DNA of 63,731 nucleotides, counting the filler, from Aduncisulcus paluster (Eukaryota): NCBI GenBank assembly GCA_024181965.1. It is 6 parts of 6 records of this genome, joined end to end, with 100 filler letters (N's around TTAATTAATTAA, not from the genome) between each part and the next. Parts side by side here need not be neighbours in the genome. Positions count along the whole stretch, not along the records: positions 20,109 to 40,124 come from BQXS01009957.1; positions 40,225 to 49,137 come from BQXS01009958.1; 4 more parts are not named here. The stretch is one strand, 5' to 3'. The notes beneath the pieces were generated by a model that saw only the letters and a program-made list of their open reading frames with translations, made no database searches and was not told the origin of the DNA. Positions 31,805 through 43,200 of the stretch are shown piece by piece; position 1 is the first letter of the stretch, and each line of letters begins with the position of its first letter. A program made the position numbers and the translations under genes.

Positions 31805-33775
31805 ATGACTCTGTTTTTGTATGGAATTGGCTCCAATACTTCTCAACATGAAATTGAAGAATTGGCCCGAAGATTTGGAATGGTAACTAGAGTTTCTAAA
31901 CCAGCTGGGAAGAATATGTTTGTTTTTATTGATTATGCCTCCACTGAAGAGGAAAGCGTCGCTCTGATGGGGTTTAAATCAATAATATTCAAAGGAAATC
32001 AGTTAAATGCTGAAAGAGCACGTGCTTCCAGTTATGCTCATACTCTTAGTCAGCCTTTTACCTCTGTTCCGATGGCGGCTCATTCATATTCCTATACTCC
32101 CGATACTTTCGGTTCTGGGAAGTTTGAGTCATTTCACCCAGGAAGATATCCCCCTTCACAGCATTATGATGGCCACGCTTTTGCAAGTGCCAGTGCCCCT
32201 TTCACTGTTGGCAAGAAAGATCTTTTCCCTCCTCTCAATCCCCAGCGAACCACTGACTTGTCAACATCAACAACTATCGCATCAACCTCTCTTGATTCAC
32301 TTACTTTCCCGCCGGTGCCGTCCACATCTGTTGAATTCTCCTCATCTGAGATCAATCCGGTCGCCATCGGTCCATCCTCACGCAGTCCAAAAGTAACCAT
32401 CATGAAGAGGCCAAAACCTCCCATTGAACAACAAAATCTCTCTGAAGAACCCCCTATTCACTATCAGCGAGGACCACAACATCGTTCACCCTCAATTGAC
32501 GATGGTATTCCTCGATCTGTAAGCCAACAACAAAATTCAAGTGTTTCCAGCATTACACTCCTTTCTTCTCAAGACCATATCTCTGCTATCGCCCCTCCGT
32601 CTCAAGCAATCTCGACTAGTGGGGACAGACCAGCTCCATCCAATGTCCAATCCACTCCCAACAACCCCCAGACTTCCAGACACCCCCAAACACAATCTTT
32701 ACCCGTTGTTCCTGTCCAACACGTCCAACCACCAATTATTGAATCTTCCCACGAATCTTCGGTACCAGATCCAAGTCACGAATACTCTCACCGGAGTTCA
32801 GACTCTCGAAGCGGTGGTATCCCTTCCCCGAATCCCAGTATTGGCAAGGATTCGCTGTCTGATCATGAATTCTCTCAGGATTCAAGCAATGGGTCAAAGT
32901 TGATCAAGGAAGGGGTGCCAGGAATGAGTTCTAGTAATTCCCGTCATCAAATCCCATTTAGCACTTTTCCTGGCTCCGACAAGCAACCTTTTGGAGGGTC
33001 TTTGGACAGAATTATCGATGGTTCCCGTCACTATCAGTCCTCGCGTCAGAAACCGGATGATCCTTGGTTCAGAGGAGGAGTATCTGGCGTTAGAGCTCCT
33101 GGCACGGCTGTCAGTGTTGACTTTGTCAATCGTGTACCGATTCATATCNNNNNNNNNNNNNNNNNNNNTTCCCGTCATCAAATCCCATTTAGCACTTTTC
33201 CTGGCTCCGACAAGCAACCTTTTGGAGGGTCTTTGGACAGAATTATCGATGGTTCCCGTCACTATCAGTCCTCGCGTCAGAAACCGGATGATCCTTGGTT
33301 CAGAGGAGGAGTATCTGGCGTTAGAGCTCCTGGCACGGCTGTCAGTGTTGACTTTGTCAATCGTGTACCGATTCATATCCCCATTCCCAAACCCCAGAAG
33401 CCTGCCAGTGGACCTTGTATCTCCGAACAATCCAAATCCCAGCGCTCTCACTCGCACTCCTTTGATTCAAACTCATGCGATGAGACGGCTGGAGGGGGAC
33501 ATTCTGGCTGTCCCTTCCTTACTCCCACTGATCTTTTTGCTGCCATTCAAAAAAGCACTACTCTTGGTGTCGAAACACTTACTAAGCGAATATTCAAGGA
33601 TGTTCTTCCACTCTACGATGAGAAACAACGCCTTTCTAAGGAACTGGCTGTCAGCACAACGACAAATGAGTCATTGAAGGAGCGTCTTGAGGAGATTGAA
33701 CGAGAAAACGAACATCTCCGTGAAGAAGTAGCTCGTTTGAAGGAAAGACTTGATGAAGTCGACCAATGTCATTAA
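31805..33775 (+). CDS. RRM protein with a long low-complexity region and C-terminal coiled coil
   Basis: RNP2 LFLYGI and RNP1 MFVFIDY; C-terminal heptads. 32938-33148 is duplicated at 33169-33379 across a 20-N gap (artefact; true length about 579 aa). Confidence 0.82.
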   Translation: MTLFLYGIGSNTSQHEIEELARRFGMVTRVSKPAGKNMFVFIDYASTEEESVALMGFKSIIFKGNQLNAERARASSYAHTLSQPFTSVPMAAHSYSYTPDTFGSGKFESFHPGRYPPSQHYDGHAFASASAPFTVGKKDLFPPLNPQRTTDLSTSTTIASTSLDSLTFPPVPSTSVEFSSSEINPVAIGPSSRSPKVTIMKRPKPPIEQQNLSEEPPIHYQRGPQHRSPSIDDGIPRSVSQQQNSSVSSITLLSSQDHISAIAPPSQAISTSGDRPAPSNVQSTPNNPQTSRHPQTQSLPVVPVQHVQPPIIESSHESSVPDPSHEYSHRSSDSRSGGIPSPNPSIGKDSLSDHEFSQDSSNGSKLIKEGVPGMSSSNSRHQIPFSTFPGSDKQPFGGSLDRIIDGSRHYQSSRQKPDDPWFRGGVSGVRAPGTAVSVDFVNRVPIHIXXXXXXXSRHQIPFSTFPGSDKQPFGGSLDRIIDGSRHYQSSRQKPDDPWFRGGVSGVRAPGTAVSVDFVNRVPIHIPIPKPQKPASGPCISEQSKSQRSHSHSFDSNSCDETAGGGHSGCPFLTPTDLFAAIQKSTTLGVETLTKRIFKDVLPLYDEKQRLSKELAVSTTTNESLKERLEEIERENEHLREEVARLKERLDEVDQCH

Positions 33776-34022
33776 AAAGCCCACTTCTCGATACAAATTC
33801 TTCTTTTGACTTTTGAAACAAAAATGTGAACTTTTTTTAATTTTTTTTTTTTTTTTTGAAATTTCATGTCGTCTTGTGTGTTCTTGTGTTGTTGTTACTC
33901 GGAGACTAATGGTTACTACGGTATTATAGATATACTATTATTAGCTATTATAGATACTCACGATTTATCAGTTGTTTTCACTTTTTAATTTTTATTATAT
34001 TGATTATTTTGATCTTCTGATC

Positions 34023-34063
<41 letters not shown>
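34023..34063. repeat. (TAT)n microsatellite
   Basis: About 13 perfect units. Confidence 0.95.
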
Positions 34064-34065
<2 letters not shown>

Positions 34066-34767
34066 TTTTGTTTCTCAATTCTATTTATGGATAATTTTTG
34101 AGAAATGACACTTTCTTTTTATTTGTGCCTCTCTAAGAAAAATATATACAGCAGTTGGGTACTTTTTGTGTGCAGAAAACTAATGGAAAAAGAATGAAAA
34201 AAAAAAAAAAAAAAAAAAAAAACAATTTTATTATTGTTTTTTTTATATTTATTGTATTTCAAGCCACATCTGATTATTATTATATTAATTCTTTTTCTGC
34301 ATCTTTTTTTTTATATTTTTTTTAATATTTTTATTTTTTATTTTTTTCTCTCTGGTTTAGTATTTTTGTTATGTAATTCGTTTATGATAATTTTTTTATA
34401 TGTCCGATTTTGAACCACTCCGTTAGGTTTTGCAAGAAAAGAACGGGAAGGATTGGAAGAATCTATTTTTAGACTCACTCTTTTGAGAAAAACGTTACCT
34501 CAAATTCTTTTCTTTGACTATCCCACATCCAAAAACTACACAAAAAAAAGACAATGTAAATATTTCAAATATTCACTAACTTATCCAGAACAATCGATAT
34601 ATCTCCCCCCAATTTACTTTGAAATATTTCTTTAGTCGGTGACATCTTATGATACAAATTAATTCTTTATTTTTATTTTTTATATTTTAGTTTCATACCG
34701 GGAATTCACCTCCAAAAAGACGATTGTTAATTTAAAATATAACATACTACACTTTTTTTTATAACTT

Positions 34768-34801
<34 letters not shown>

Positions 34802-35345
34802 TTTTTTTTTTTTTGCAACCAACATACATCTCCCATTTTTTATTTGAGTTTGCTTTTCCAACCAGTTGCCTCTCTCGAACTTTTATATTTGCTTTAAATC
34901 TATATACTGTATCCGAACTGTCATGTATTAATCAGTATTGTTCCCTTGTATATGCATCGGCTGTGACATTATTTCATTAGTTGATGGCGGATCTGATCGA
35001 AAAAGAACCTTTTCGAAGAACTTTCTCAAAAGGATATCACTGGTAGGGGCCCATATTCTAAATCTGGGTAGATTATTTATGAATAATTGGTTTGTGTTCT
35101 TCGATTAATTATTCAGGAATAAACATAGTTCGGTTCAAAAAATGTAGTCGAAACCCCAAAATTTCGCTAAAAAAATGACCAGAAATGATACAAAAATAAA
35201 TTTGAATTAAAACCATTAATTTTAAATAATTTTTACCCAAAGTAGTGTTTTATTTATTTAAAATCTTTGAAAATCAAAAATATGGCAAGATATTTACGAG
35301 TTCTTCAATTATGAACTTCCCTGCAATAATAAGGCAATAATAGGC

Positions 35346-36243
35346 TTATTCATACTTAATAGTGGGCCAGGCAAGGGCATCAGCATGCTTTTTACAAGTA
35401 CTCTTGTCTTCGCCAACGACATTGCTCGGACAGTCCATCAAACCAAGGTTGAGGTCAAAACAGGCGTTGATTCCGAAAATGATACTGCTTTGGCATTTAA
35501 CGGACACAGTGACACCATAGTATCCAGCAAGCTGATTCATAAGATCGTCGTAAACCATTCCTTCAGCACCTTGCTCGTAACCGAGTTGGTTGAGAGCACC
35601 TTGGAAATCAAGCATATCAAGGAGGTAGAGGGCCTCGCTCATGTAGTCGTGTTCATCAGAGAAAGTGTCGGGCTCGTATTTGATGGCGCAAGTTCCGTGT
35701 TTGGTGTACTCATGCTCCCACAAGTAATCAACACTGTGGTAAGTTTTGGCTTCAAGGAAGGAGTTTCTGTTAGAATCACATCCGTCTTTACCCTCAGAAC
35801 TATTGTAATCAGGCCACTTGTAAATGAGTTCATTGTAGAGGTCCTGGACAAGGTTCATATCCCAAGAACTTCCACCGCAACTGGAAGGATAGCTTCCATC
35901 GGTGTTGTTGGGCCACAAACCGTGAACGGTAAATGAGTCAGTGCATGGGTTCAGCCAGCAAGAAGAACCACGCTCAGACATTCCACAGAGGGTCTCAGGC
36001 CAGAACTAAAGGAGCAAAAAAAGATAAGAATTTATGATCCTCAAAAAGAAGATAGTATTAACTAAAATAACATACAGTTTCAAACTAAATATAAAAAATA
36101 CAAAGGTAAATTAATGTGTAATTCATGAAAAAGCGGTGGAAACAACTTCTGGCATTAAAACGTACAAGATAGAAATCAAAGTCGGCATACACGACACCAA
36201 TGGTGAGGGCAGCCACAATAGCAAGAATGAAAGAAGTTTTCAT
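35346..36243 (-). CDS. Secreted ribonuclease T2; exons 36243-36166, 36084-36076 (9 nt) and 36005-35346
   Basis: CAS I FTVHGLWP and CAS II LWEHEYTKHGTCA. Exon 1 encodes the signal peptide MKTSFILAIVAALTIGVVYA followed by DFDFYL. Introns of 81 and 70 nt. Confidence 0.92.
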
Positions 36244-36472
36244 AAAATTGTGTCGAAAGAAAGTAAGATTCTGAAAAAATCTGACTATTTTTTTTATATT
36301 CCTTGCTGTATGAAAATCTAATAGGATAATTGGAAGCCAATTATAAATAAATACAATAAATAATATTTATTTTTCTCACTAATTTATTTATTGTATGTCA
36401 AATAAAGTGGAGAAAACAAAAAAGTAACAATATCTATATAAAAGAACAATTATTCAATGATATTCAATTAAT

Positions 36473-38308
36473 CTAAAATAAATCTGTTGGAGAAACAATA
36501 TTTTCCTCCAATTGCTCAAGAATATCGAGAGATTCTTTCTTCATAAGAGCATAATCAGCAGCAGCTCTTCTTTCATCAATTGCGACGACATGTTCACGTA
36601 TTTTCCTCTCCATCCTTGCTAATCTATCAGTCAATGCTTCGACGCGCGCAACACCCTGGCTTTTCTCGATTTCAACTTCAATTCGACTCAATTCACCTTG
36701 GTGAGTACTCAAATCTTGAGCCAGTTCGGATTTACGTGATGAAAATGTGATAGCTTTCTCCTGTAACTCTGCTTCAGGCAGTGTGGACCCATCACTAGCT
36801 CTTGCGGCCATTGTGGAGATCTCCCTCTCTTCCCGTATTAACTCAATTTCCTTCTTACTGGACATGCACCTGTCATGCAAGGCCTCAAGCTCACGGCCAA
36901 CTTTCTCTTCAAGACCGTTGATATTATCGAGCTCATCTGTTAATCGACGTATCTGTTCGTCCACTCTCTCGGCTTGAGAATGTGATTGGGTCTCACTTTC
37001 CTCTCTTTCAGCAGTAATGGCTTGCAACTTGGATGCAATCTTGTCAGCAGATGCAGCCAAAGCAGTGACTTTCTTTGGGAGATCAACCTCGTACTTCTTT
37101 AAATACAATTGTATCTTCTTAAATGTCTCAACAATCTTCTTCTGTTGTGGTGTAAGTGTTGAAGAGGAATCGTCAGATGATGAACGTTGTTGTTTCTCAA
37201 GAACTCTTCTACGCTTCATGATAGAAGACTCTGTATGTGAAATATCTTGGCGAATAGAGGAGATTTCTTCCTCAAGACGAGATTTCTGAGCAAGCAGACG
37301 TTTGCGTTTGGTCTCCTCATCTTCTTCACGCCATTGGACCATGGAAGGGTGGGATGGCATCGTGTTAAGTCCATCTCCAGAAGCATGTTGCTTCTCTTTC
37401 TCTTTCTGAGCTGAGGCTTCCTCCTGTTTTCTCTTATCACGCACTTGTTCGAGAGTTTGGCGTGCATTATGCGTCTGGAGATCTAATTTATGAAGAGAAT
37501 CGATTTGAGTGATCATATTGCTAAGCTCAGGACTAAATCTAGACCTACGACGAATCACATCCACAGCTCCTTTGACTTGAGCAAGCATACCACGGATTTT
37601 GCTCTCACTTTGGCGCAAATGAGTCAATTCCATGTGTGTTTTGGAGAACTGTTCAGCACCTTCCTCAGAGAGAGCATCAGCCACAAGACCGACAAGTTTC
37701 TTTCGAGCAGCTTCAACTTCTCCACGCTTTAGAGCATTTTTACGCTCAAGTTCCATGCGTTTTAATGATGTTTCATTAACAGTTTTGGACAACTCGGCAG
37801 CACGACCATGCACCGATTCTACATCTTTCTTAAGAACAGTAAGGGATATTTGCCCATGTTGACAGCGTTCTTTAAGACTATTCAACTCAATAAGACGTTT
37901 TTTTAGATCTTCAACTTCCTGTTGAACAATTTTTCTCCGAGAGGTAAGCCTAGCTGCTTTTTCTCTATCTTCAGCGACTTCAACGGCTTCTTCTTCTACT
38001 TTTACAATTTCTTCTCGCACTTCACTTATTCTTTTCCGGAGTTCTCCCCTGAAGAAATCAGCATTATAAACTTGGCGACCACCAGTAACTACTTTTGGAC
38101 CTGTATATCCATGTGGAGTCATAAGACGTGTTCTTATTTTTACATCAGTTGTAACAGCAGTTCCAACTGCTTGTTGACGAACAAAACCACGAGATTCTGG
38201 TCTACCAGCACGAGTTCCCATTCTGGTTTTTTGAGTCCCCATTCGAGAAGCAGGTGCACGCATTGATGTCAATGGCCTACTAGATGTCGCTAATCGTTCA
38301 GAAGACAT
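36473..38308 (-). CDS. IFT74: Intraflagellar transport protein IFT74
   Basis: Basic N-terminus with RPxT/RMGT repeats, then TPHGYTGPK...GRQVYNADFFRGELRKRISE, then a long coiled coil. Confidence 0.8.
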   Translation of the reverse strand: MSSERLATSSRPLTSMRAPASRMGTQKTRMGTRAGRPESRGFVRQQAVGTAVTTDVKIRTRLMTPHGYTGPKVVTGGRQVYNADFFRGELRKRISEVREEIVKVEEEAVEVAEDREKAARLTSRRKIVQQEVEDLKKRLIELNSLKERCQHGQISLTVLKKDVESVHGRAAELSKTVNETSLKRMELERKNALKRGEVEAARKKLVGLVADALSEEGAEQFSKTHMELTHLRQSESKIRGMLAQVKGAVDVIRRRSRFSPELSNMITQIDSLHKLDLQTHNARQTLEQVRDKRKQEEASAQKEKEKQHASGDGLNTMPSHPSMVQWREEDEETKRKRLLAQKSRLEEEISSIRQDISHTESSIMKRRRVLEKQQRSSSDDSSSTLTPQQKKIVETFKKIQLYLKKYEVDLPKKVTALAASADKIASKLQAITAEREESETQSHSQAERVDEQIRRLTDELDNINGLEEKVGRELEALHDRCMSSKKEIELIREEREISTMAARASDGSTLPEAELQEKAITFSSRKSELAQDLSTHQGELSRIEVEIEKSQGVARVEALTDRLARMERKIREHVVAIDERRAAADYALMKKESLDILEQLEENIVSPTDLF

Positions 38309-38642
38309 GAAATATATGTTTAAGTATCAGAAAAACTGGGTTAAAACCAACTCTGAGTGGCACACATATTATCCTTCAATTTACTTGCAACTATTAATAT
38401 GCAATAACACTTATGATATATGTTTGCCTAAACTTTTGTCAATCAATTTGTTATTTCATGAAGAAAACTAGATTGCTGTTTTTCTCGGCGAATATTGATA
38501 GCGTTTGCATTTCAGAAGTAAAATATCTCTATATATAGATTTTCTTTCAAATATTAACCAATGTTTCCATTTTAATAACCTCGATATTCAACGGTGAGTT
38601 GTTCTTCCACCATCGAATGTCAATTTTGTCAACAATTCATCA

Positions 38643-39614
38643 ATGGAAATCGAGGAATTAGAAAAGAAATTAAAATCAGAGACAGCTCAATATAAAATTC
38701 AGTTAATCAAGGTGGATCTCGCTGAAAAATATGTTGAAAGGAAGGATCATGAAAAAGCCTTAGCCATAGTAACTGAATTAATCACAGAATTGAGAAAACA
38801 GGACAATAAGCAGCTTTCAATTAGAGTTTTATTACTTGAATCTCAAATTCATCTTGCTTTAATGGGAATTTCTAAGTCAAAAGCTTCTCTGCTTGCAGCT
38901 CGGGGACAAGCACAGCAATTATATGTTGAACCTGCCACTCAAATGGCATTAGATAGGCAAAGTGGTTTGTTGGCAATTGAATCGGGTGATTTTGATTCTG
39001 CATTCTCGTATCTATTCGAATCCTTCAATAATCTCATTGAAGTCGAGACATCTGACGAAGAAATGAGAGAACTTTTACATCTTCTTTTGATTTGTAAGAT
39101 TGGAGCCAAAAGAAACGATGATATTCCAACTTTACTGGCTACAAAATCAGTGGCGAAATTTTGTGATATTTCTGTTGATTTATTGTGTTCACTCGGTAAT
39201 GCTTATGCTCAAGACCAACTTCACGTTTTCGTTGAGCACAAAGCTACCGCTGATTCCAAGAAACTTTTTGAATTCCCATCAATTTCTAGAGTTCTGACAA
39301 ATATGGAGAGAGAGCTTCTGGAATCGCATATTTTGACTGCCGTTAGGCCATACACACGTGTTAGTGTTAAGAAAATTGCCAAAATTGCTGATTTGGAAGA
39401 GGATTTTGTCGAATCCAAACTTAGTGAGTTGATTCTCGATGGGCGTCTTCCTGGAGTTATTGAGCAAGAATCTGGATTTTTAGTTCTTCAAAAGGAAGAA
39501 GGTGATGATCCATTGTACTCTGAGGTGATATCAGTAATTGATGATTTTACTGAACTTGTCTCTGTCTTGGAAAGGAGAGTTACAAAAAATCTTGAACTGA
39601 AAGAACAAGAATAG
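38643..39614 (+). CDS. RPN6: 26S proteasome lid subunit Rpn6/PSMD11-like PCI protein (short N-terminus)
   Basis: ELRKQDNK...LLESQ...QMALDRQSG...AFSYLFESF and a PCI domain PYTRV...VESKLSELILDG...GVIEQ. Confidence 0.85.
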   Translation: MEIEELEKKLKSETAQYKIQLIKVDLAEKYVERKDHEKALAIVTELITELRKQDNKQLSIRVLLLESQIHLALMGISKSKASLLAARGQAQQLYVEPATQMALDRQSGLLAIESGDFDSAFSYLFESFNNLIEVETSDEEMRELLHLLLICKIGAKRNDDIPTLLATKSVAKFCDISVDLLCSLGNAYAQDQLHVFVEHKATADSKKLFEFPSISRVLTNMERELLESHILTAVRPYTRVSVKKIAKIADLEEDFVESKLSELILDGRLPGVIEQESGFLVLQKEEGDDPLYSEVISVIDDFTELVSVLERRVTKNLELKEQE

Positions 39615-39668
39615 GATTCATAATAAATCGTTTTTACTGGAATCATTTTTTTGTGTCTGGTTTTCAAT

Positions 39669-39760
39669 CAGGGGTGTACATCTGGCGGTCACTTGAAATT
39701 GTAAAATGCAGCCACTTGGCAGCCGAAAAATTGAAAAATGCAGCCAATTAGGCAGCCAAT
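39669..39760 (+). mobile_element. Possible hAT-type transposon terminus with subterminal repeats
   Basis: CAGGGGTG start and four GCAGCC motifs (39708, 39719, 39740, 39752). No matching opposite end was seen before the contig edge. Confidence 0.4.
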
Positions 39761-40124
39761 TGTTTTAGTCCAGTCATCAACGGGTAGATTCACTGTATCT
39801 AGTGATATTAGACGATTTTGCACGAATTGGAGGAATAATTAGTCAAATTACTTCCATTAAAAGTAAAAAAGTAAACTTTTGGAAGAAAATATTTAATATA
39901 GCATGCTGTAGGATAATTTTAGGTTGATTCATATTTGAGCAGAATAATAAAAGAACATTGCCTGATATGGCCTTTTTGTATTATTAATATCTTTAAAAAC
40001 ATTTTTTCTTGAGATGGCATTCCATTTATATTCGTAATTCCACCTCAATCAATGATCATCTTCTTATCCAAGAAAGTAGAAGAAAGGATCCGAGAAATGT
40101 CTCATATGAAGTGTATATACAATG

Positions 40125-40224
40125 NNNNNNNNNNNNNNNNNNNNNNNNNNNNNNNNNNNNNNNNNNNNTTAATTAATTAANNNNNNNNNNNNNNNNNNNN
40201 NNNNNNNNNNNNNNNNNNNNNNNN
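40125..40224. other. Artificial contig spacer
   Basis: N44-TTAATTAATTAA-N44. Confidence 0.98.
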
Positions 40225-43200
40225 GAGGATCTTTCTTGTTTGCCCAACTGTTTCTCCTAAATCTGGGCGAAACCGAGGGATTTCCTCTTCTCTAAATTGC
40301 ATTGTTACTACTTTTTTCTTCATTTCCCTGTCATGTTTCCATATTTCAAGATCTCTGGTTGAACGACGCAAATCTTTTGACATGGGATTAATAGATGGCT
40401 TAAAAGGAATCTTCTCCCGTTGTTCTTTCTCAAGAGCCGTTGTAACCGATTTAAGTCTATTTTTAGCCTTTTTTTTATAAAATTCTTGCCTTTCTGAGAA
40501 TGATTTCCCATGTTTTGTTGCCAAAGATAGGGAAAATTGATTGATCGTTGGTTTTCCTGAATGTTCCTCCATTTCTTTGATTCCATCTTCAATCCGCTGC
40601 TTTTTGTCGAAACCGTGGGCAACCTGATTACCCCAAAAATTGTCCTGTCCTTCAACACTAGAAGGAGACAATAAGGCAGTCGACATGGGTGGAATAGGGG
40701 GGGTTCCATCCTCGTATTTAGTTGAAGCTGAGATACTTTCTTTCGTGTGAATCCCGTGTGGACCATGGAAAGGAGTAGAACAAGAAGAAGGGTAGTCACT
40801 TCCATCTCTTCGATCGCCATCGTGATCAGCTCCTAATTCAGAAAATAGACTTGAAATGCCAAACACACTCGCGGCTGCCACAGAGGTCCCACGACTCCCA
40901 GATATCGAATATGATTGGCGCTTGCGTTCTTTTTCTGGCTGTTCTTCTTTACATCGAGAGTGTCTCTCGTCTTCTCCTCCATTTCTCCTCCATAGAGAAG
41001 CTTCTTGAAGACGATTCTGATACTTATTTTTAGCACGGATTTCACTCTTGAGAACAAAAGGTTTGGGAAGCAAATCCTTCTTTCTTTGTTCTTGGTACTG
41101 TCTTTCGCGGATCTTCTTTCTTCCTTGTAAAATTGAACGATAAAACGAATAATGCTTCCGACGAACACAATGACCACGCCACACTCGTTGAATATTTTTG
41201 GCAGCAGTGTGAATAAGTTTAGATTGATCGGCAGCCTCTCTAAAAATAGGAATCAATGTCTTGAGGAACTTTGCAACACAAGAACTTCGCCATACACGTT
41301 GAATAAGCTGGGAAGCTTCATTTCTATTTTTAGATTCCTGAGAAAGATATATTTCCACTGAGATACCAGATTTGTACAATGAATAAATATGTTCAATTTT
41401 CATGACAGCAACTTTACGAATCGCTATTGATTCCAAAATGGCCTTTTCGCTAAGGATACATTCCAGTTCCGGCATTCTCTGGTGGTTGACTGTTGATTCT
41501 ATTCTTAGGGGATTGTGAGAAGATGGAAATCTTTCCTTGCGATGAAACATATCAGAAGTTGATTCATGACTTTCTCTCTCTTTGAATACTGTCATTTCAT
41601 GTCCTGTTCTATGATTTTCAGTGAATTTTATGATTCTTTTATCGTTTATATGAATTCTATTGTATATTCTTTTTATAGAATGGAACCCAAGGGCTCTGAG
41701 AAGGTCTATTCCATCGTCCATATTGTATTTGTTAGGCAATCTTTCAAATCCAAATGACAAATGTGATGTTGAAATTGAACAACAAGAGTCATCTTTGCGT
41801 CCATGTGAATCTATTCTTAGGGGATTGTGAGAAGATGGAAATCTTTCCTTGCGATGAAACATATCAGAAGTTGATTCATGACTTTCTCTCTCTTTGAATA
41901 CTGTCATTTCATGTCCTGTTCTATGATTTTCAGTGAATTTTATGATTCTTTTATCGTTTATATGAATTCTATTGTATATTCTTTTTATAGAATGGAACCC
42001 AAGGGCTCTGAGAAGGTCTATTCCATCGTCCATATTGTATTTGTTAGGCAATCTTTCAAATCCAAATGACAAATGTGATGTTGAAATTGAACAACAAGAG
42101 TCATCTTTGCGTCCATGTGAATCTATTCTTTTTTCAATATGTTCATCGAGTGAGTCGCTATCACTCACACAGGCACAAGATGAATTAGAGTGTAGATCAG
42201 AGAATATTTTTGAGGGATATGGTTCATCAACATGCCAAATACAAAGATTTTCAAACGAATCACCACCATCAAACTCTTCTTCTGCTTTGATTTCATCTGT
42301 TTTCCCACCAATCATCAAATTTCCAGGAAATTCTTCACCTTTCTGTTTGTTTCCTTCCCTCTTCTTCTTCTCATCTTTCGTCCTTTCATCATTATCATCA
42401 TATTTTGAGTTTGCCGGAATAGATCCACTTCCAACAACATGAGATGACTTTTCAGTTCTTTTCCTCGACATTGTTGCATTCCTTCGATGATTCAAGTAAG
42501 CTCGACTCACTCGATCAACACAGCCACATACATCACCAATAATATCAGTGGTAGAGTCAAACAATAAACTCGGAGAGAAGGCAAGGAGATTCCAAATGGA
42601 TGATATGGCAGGGAGGAAAGAGGGAATAGAGGGAGCGGAGATAATAATATCTTTAAATACATCAAGGATTGGTCCATCATTATCTCGACGTGACAAATGT
42701 CCCATTGCTTTGTCATCCTTCCTTGAGTGTGCCGCCCACCCACTCAAATAATTGACTCTGACACCTTGTCCACCATTTACAACTTTCTCAGTTCCAATAA
42801 TAGCACATTGCTGGTGAGAAAGTGTTCGTTTATCGAGTGGATGAGATTGAAAGAAGAGTTGAATCGATTCTAGATCAGAGAGGATTCCCGAAGAAATTAA
42901 GTCTGCAAAAGCACCATGCTGAATCGAGTGTGTCTGTCTGAGTAAAGCTTCTGAAATCAAAGAGAGCGAGACATCAGACCACGAGGTTCCTTGAGTCACA
43001 ATTCCTGGAGAAAGAGTCAAAGAAAGAATAGAACAATCAATATCACAAAGAGGAACTTTAGGAGTATCCTTACATTCAATGCCTGAAGATAAGGAGGAAG
43101 GAGAAGGAGAAGAATGAGAAGGACTGACACCATCAACCGTCTGTATTTGTGAGCTCAAACCAGAGTCAGAATCAGAGTCAATAATTCCAAATAATTCATT

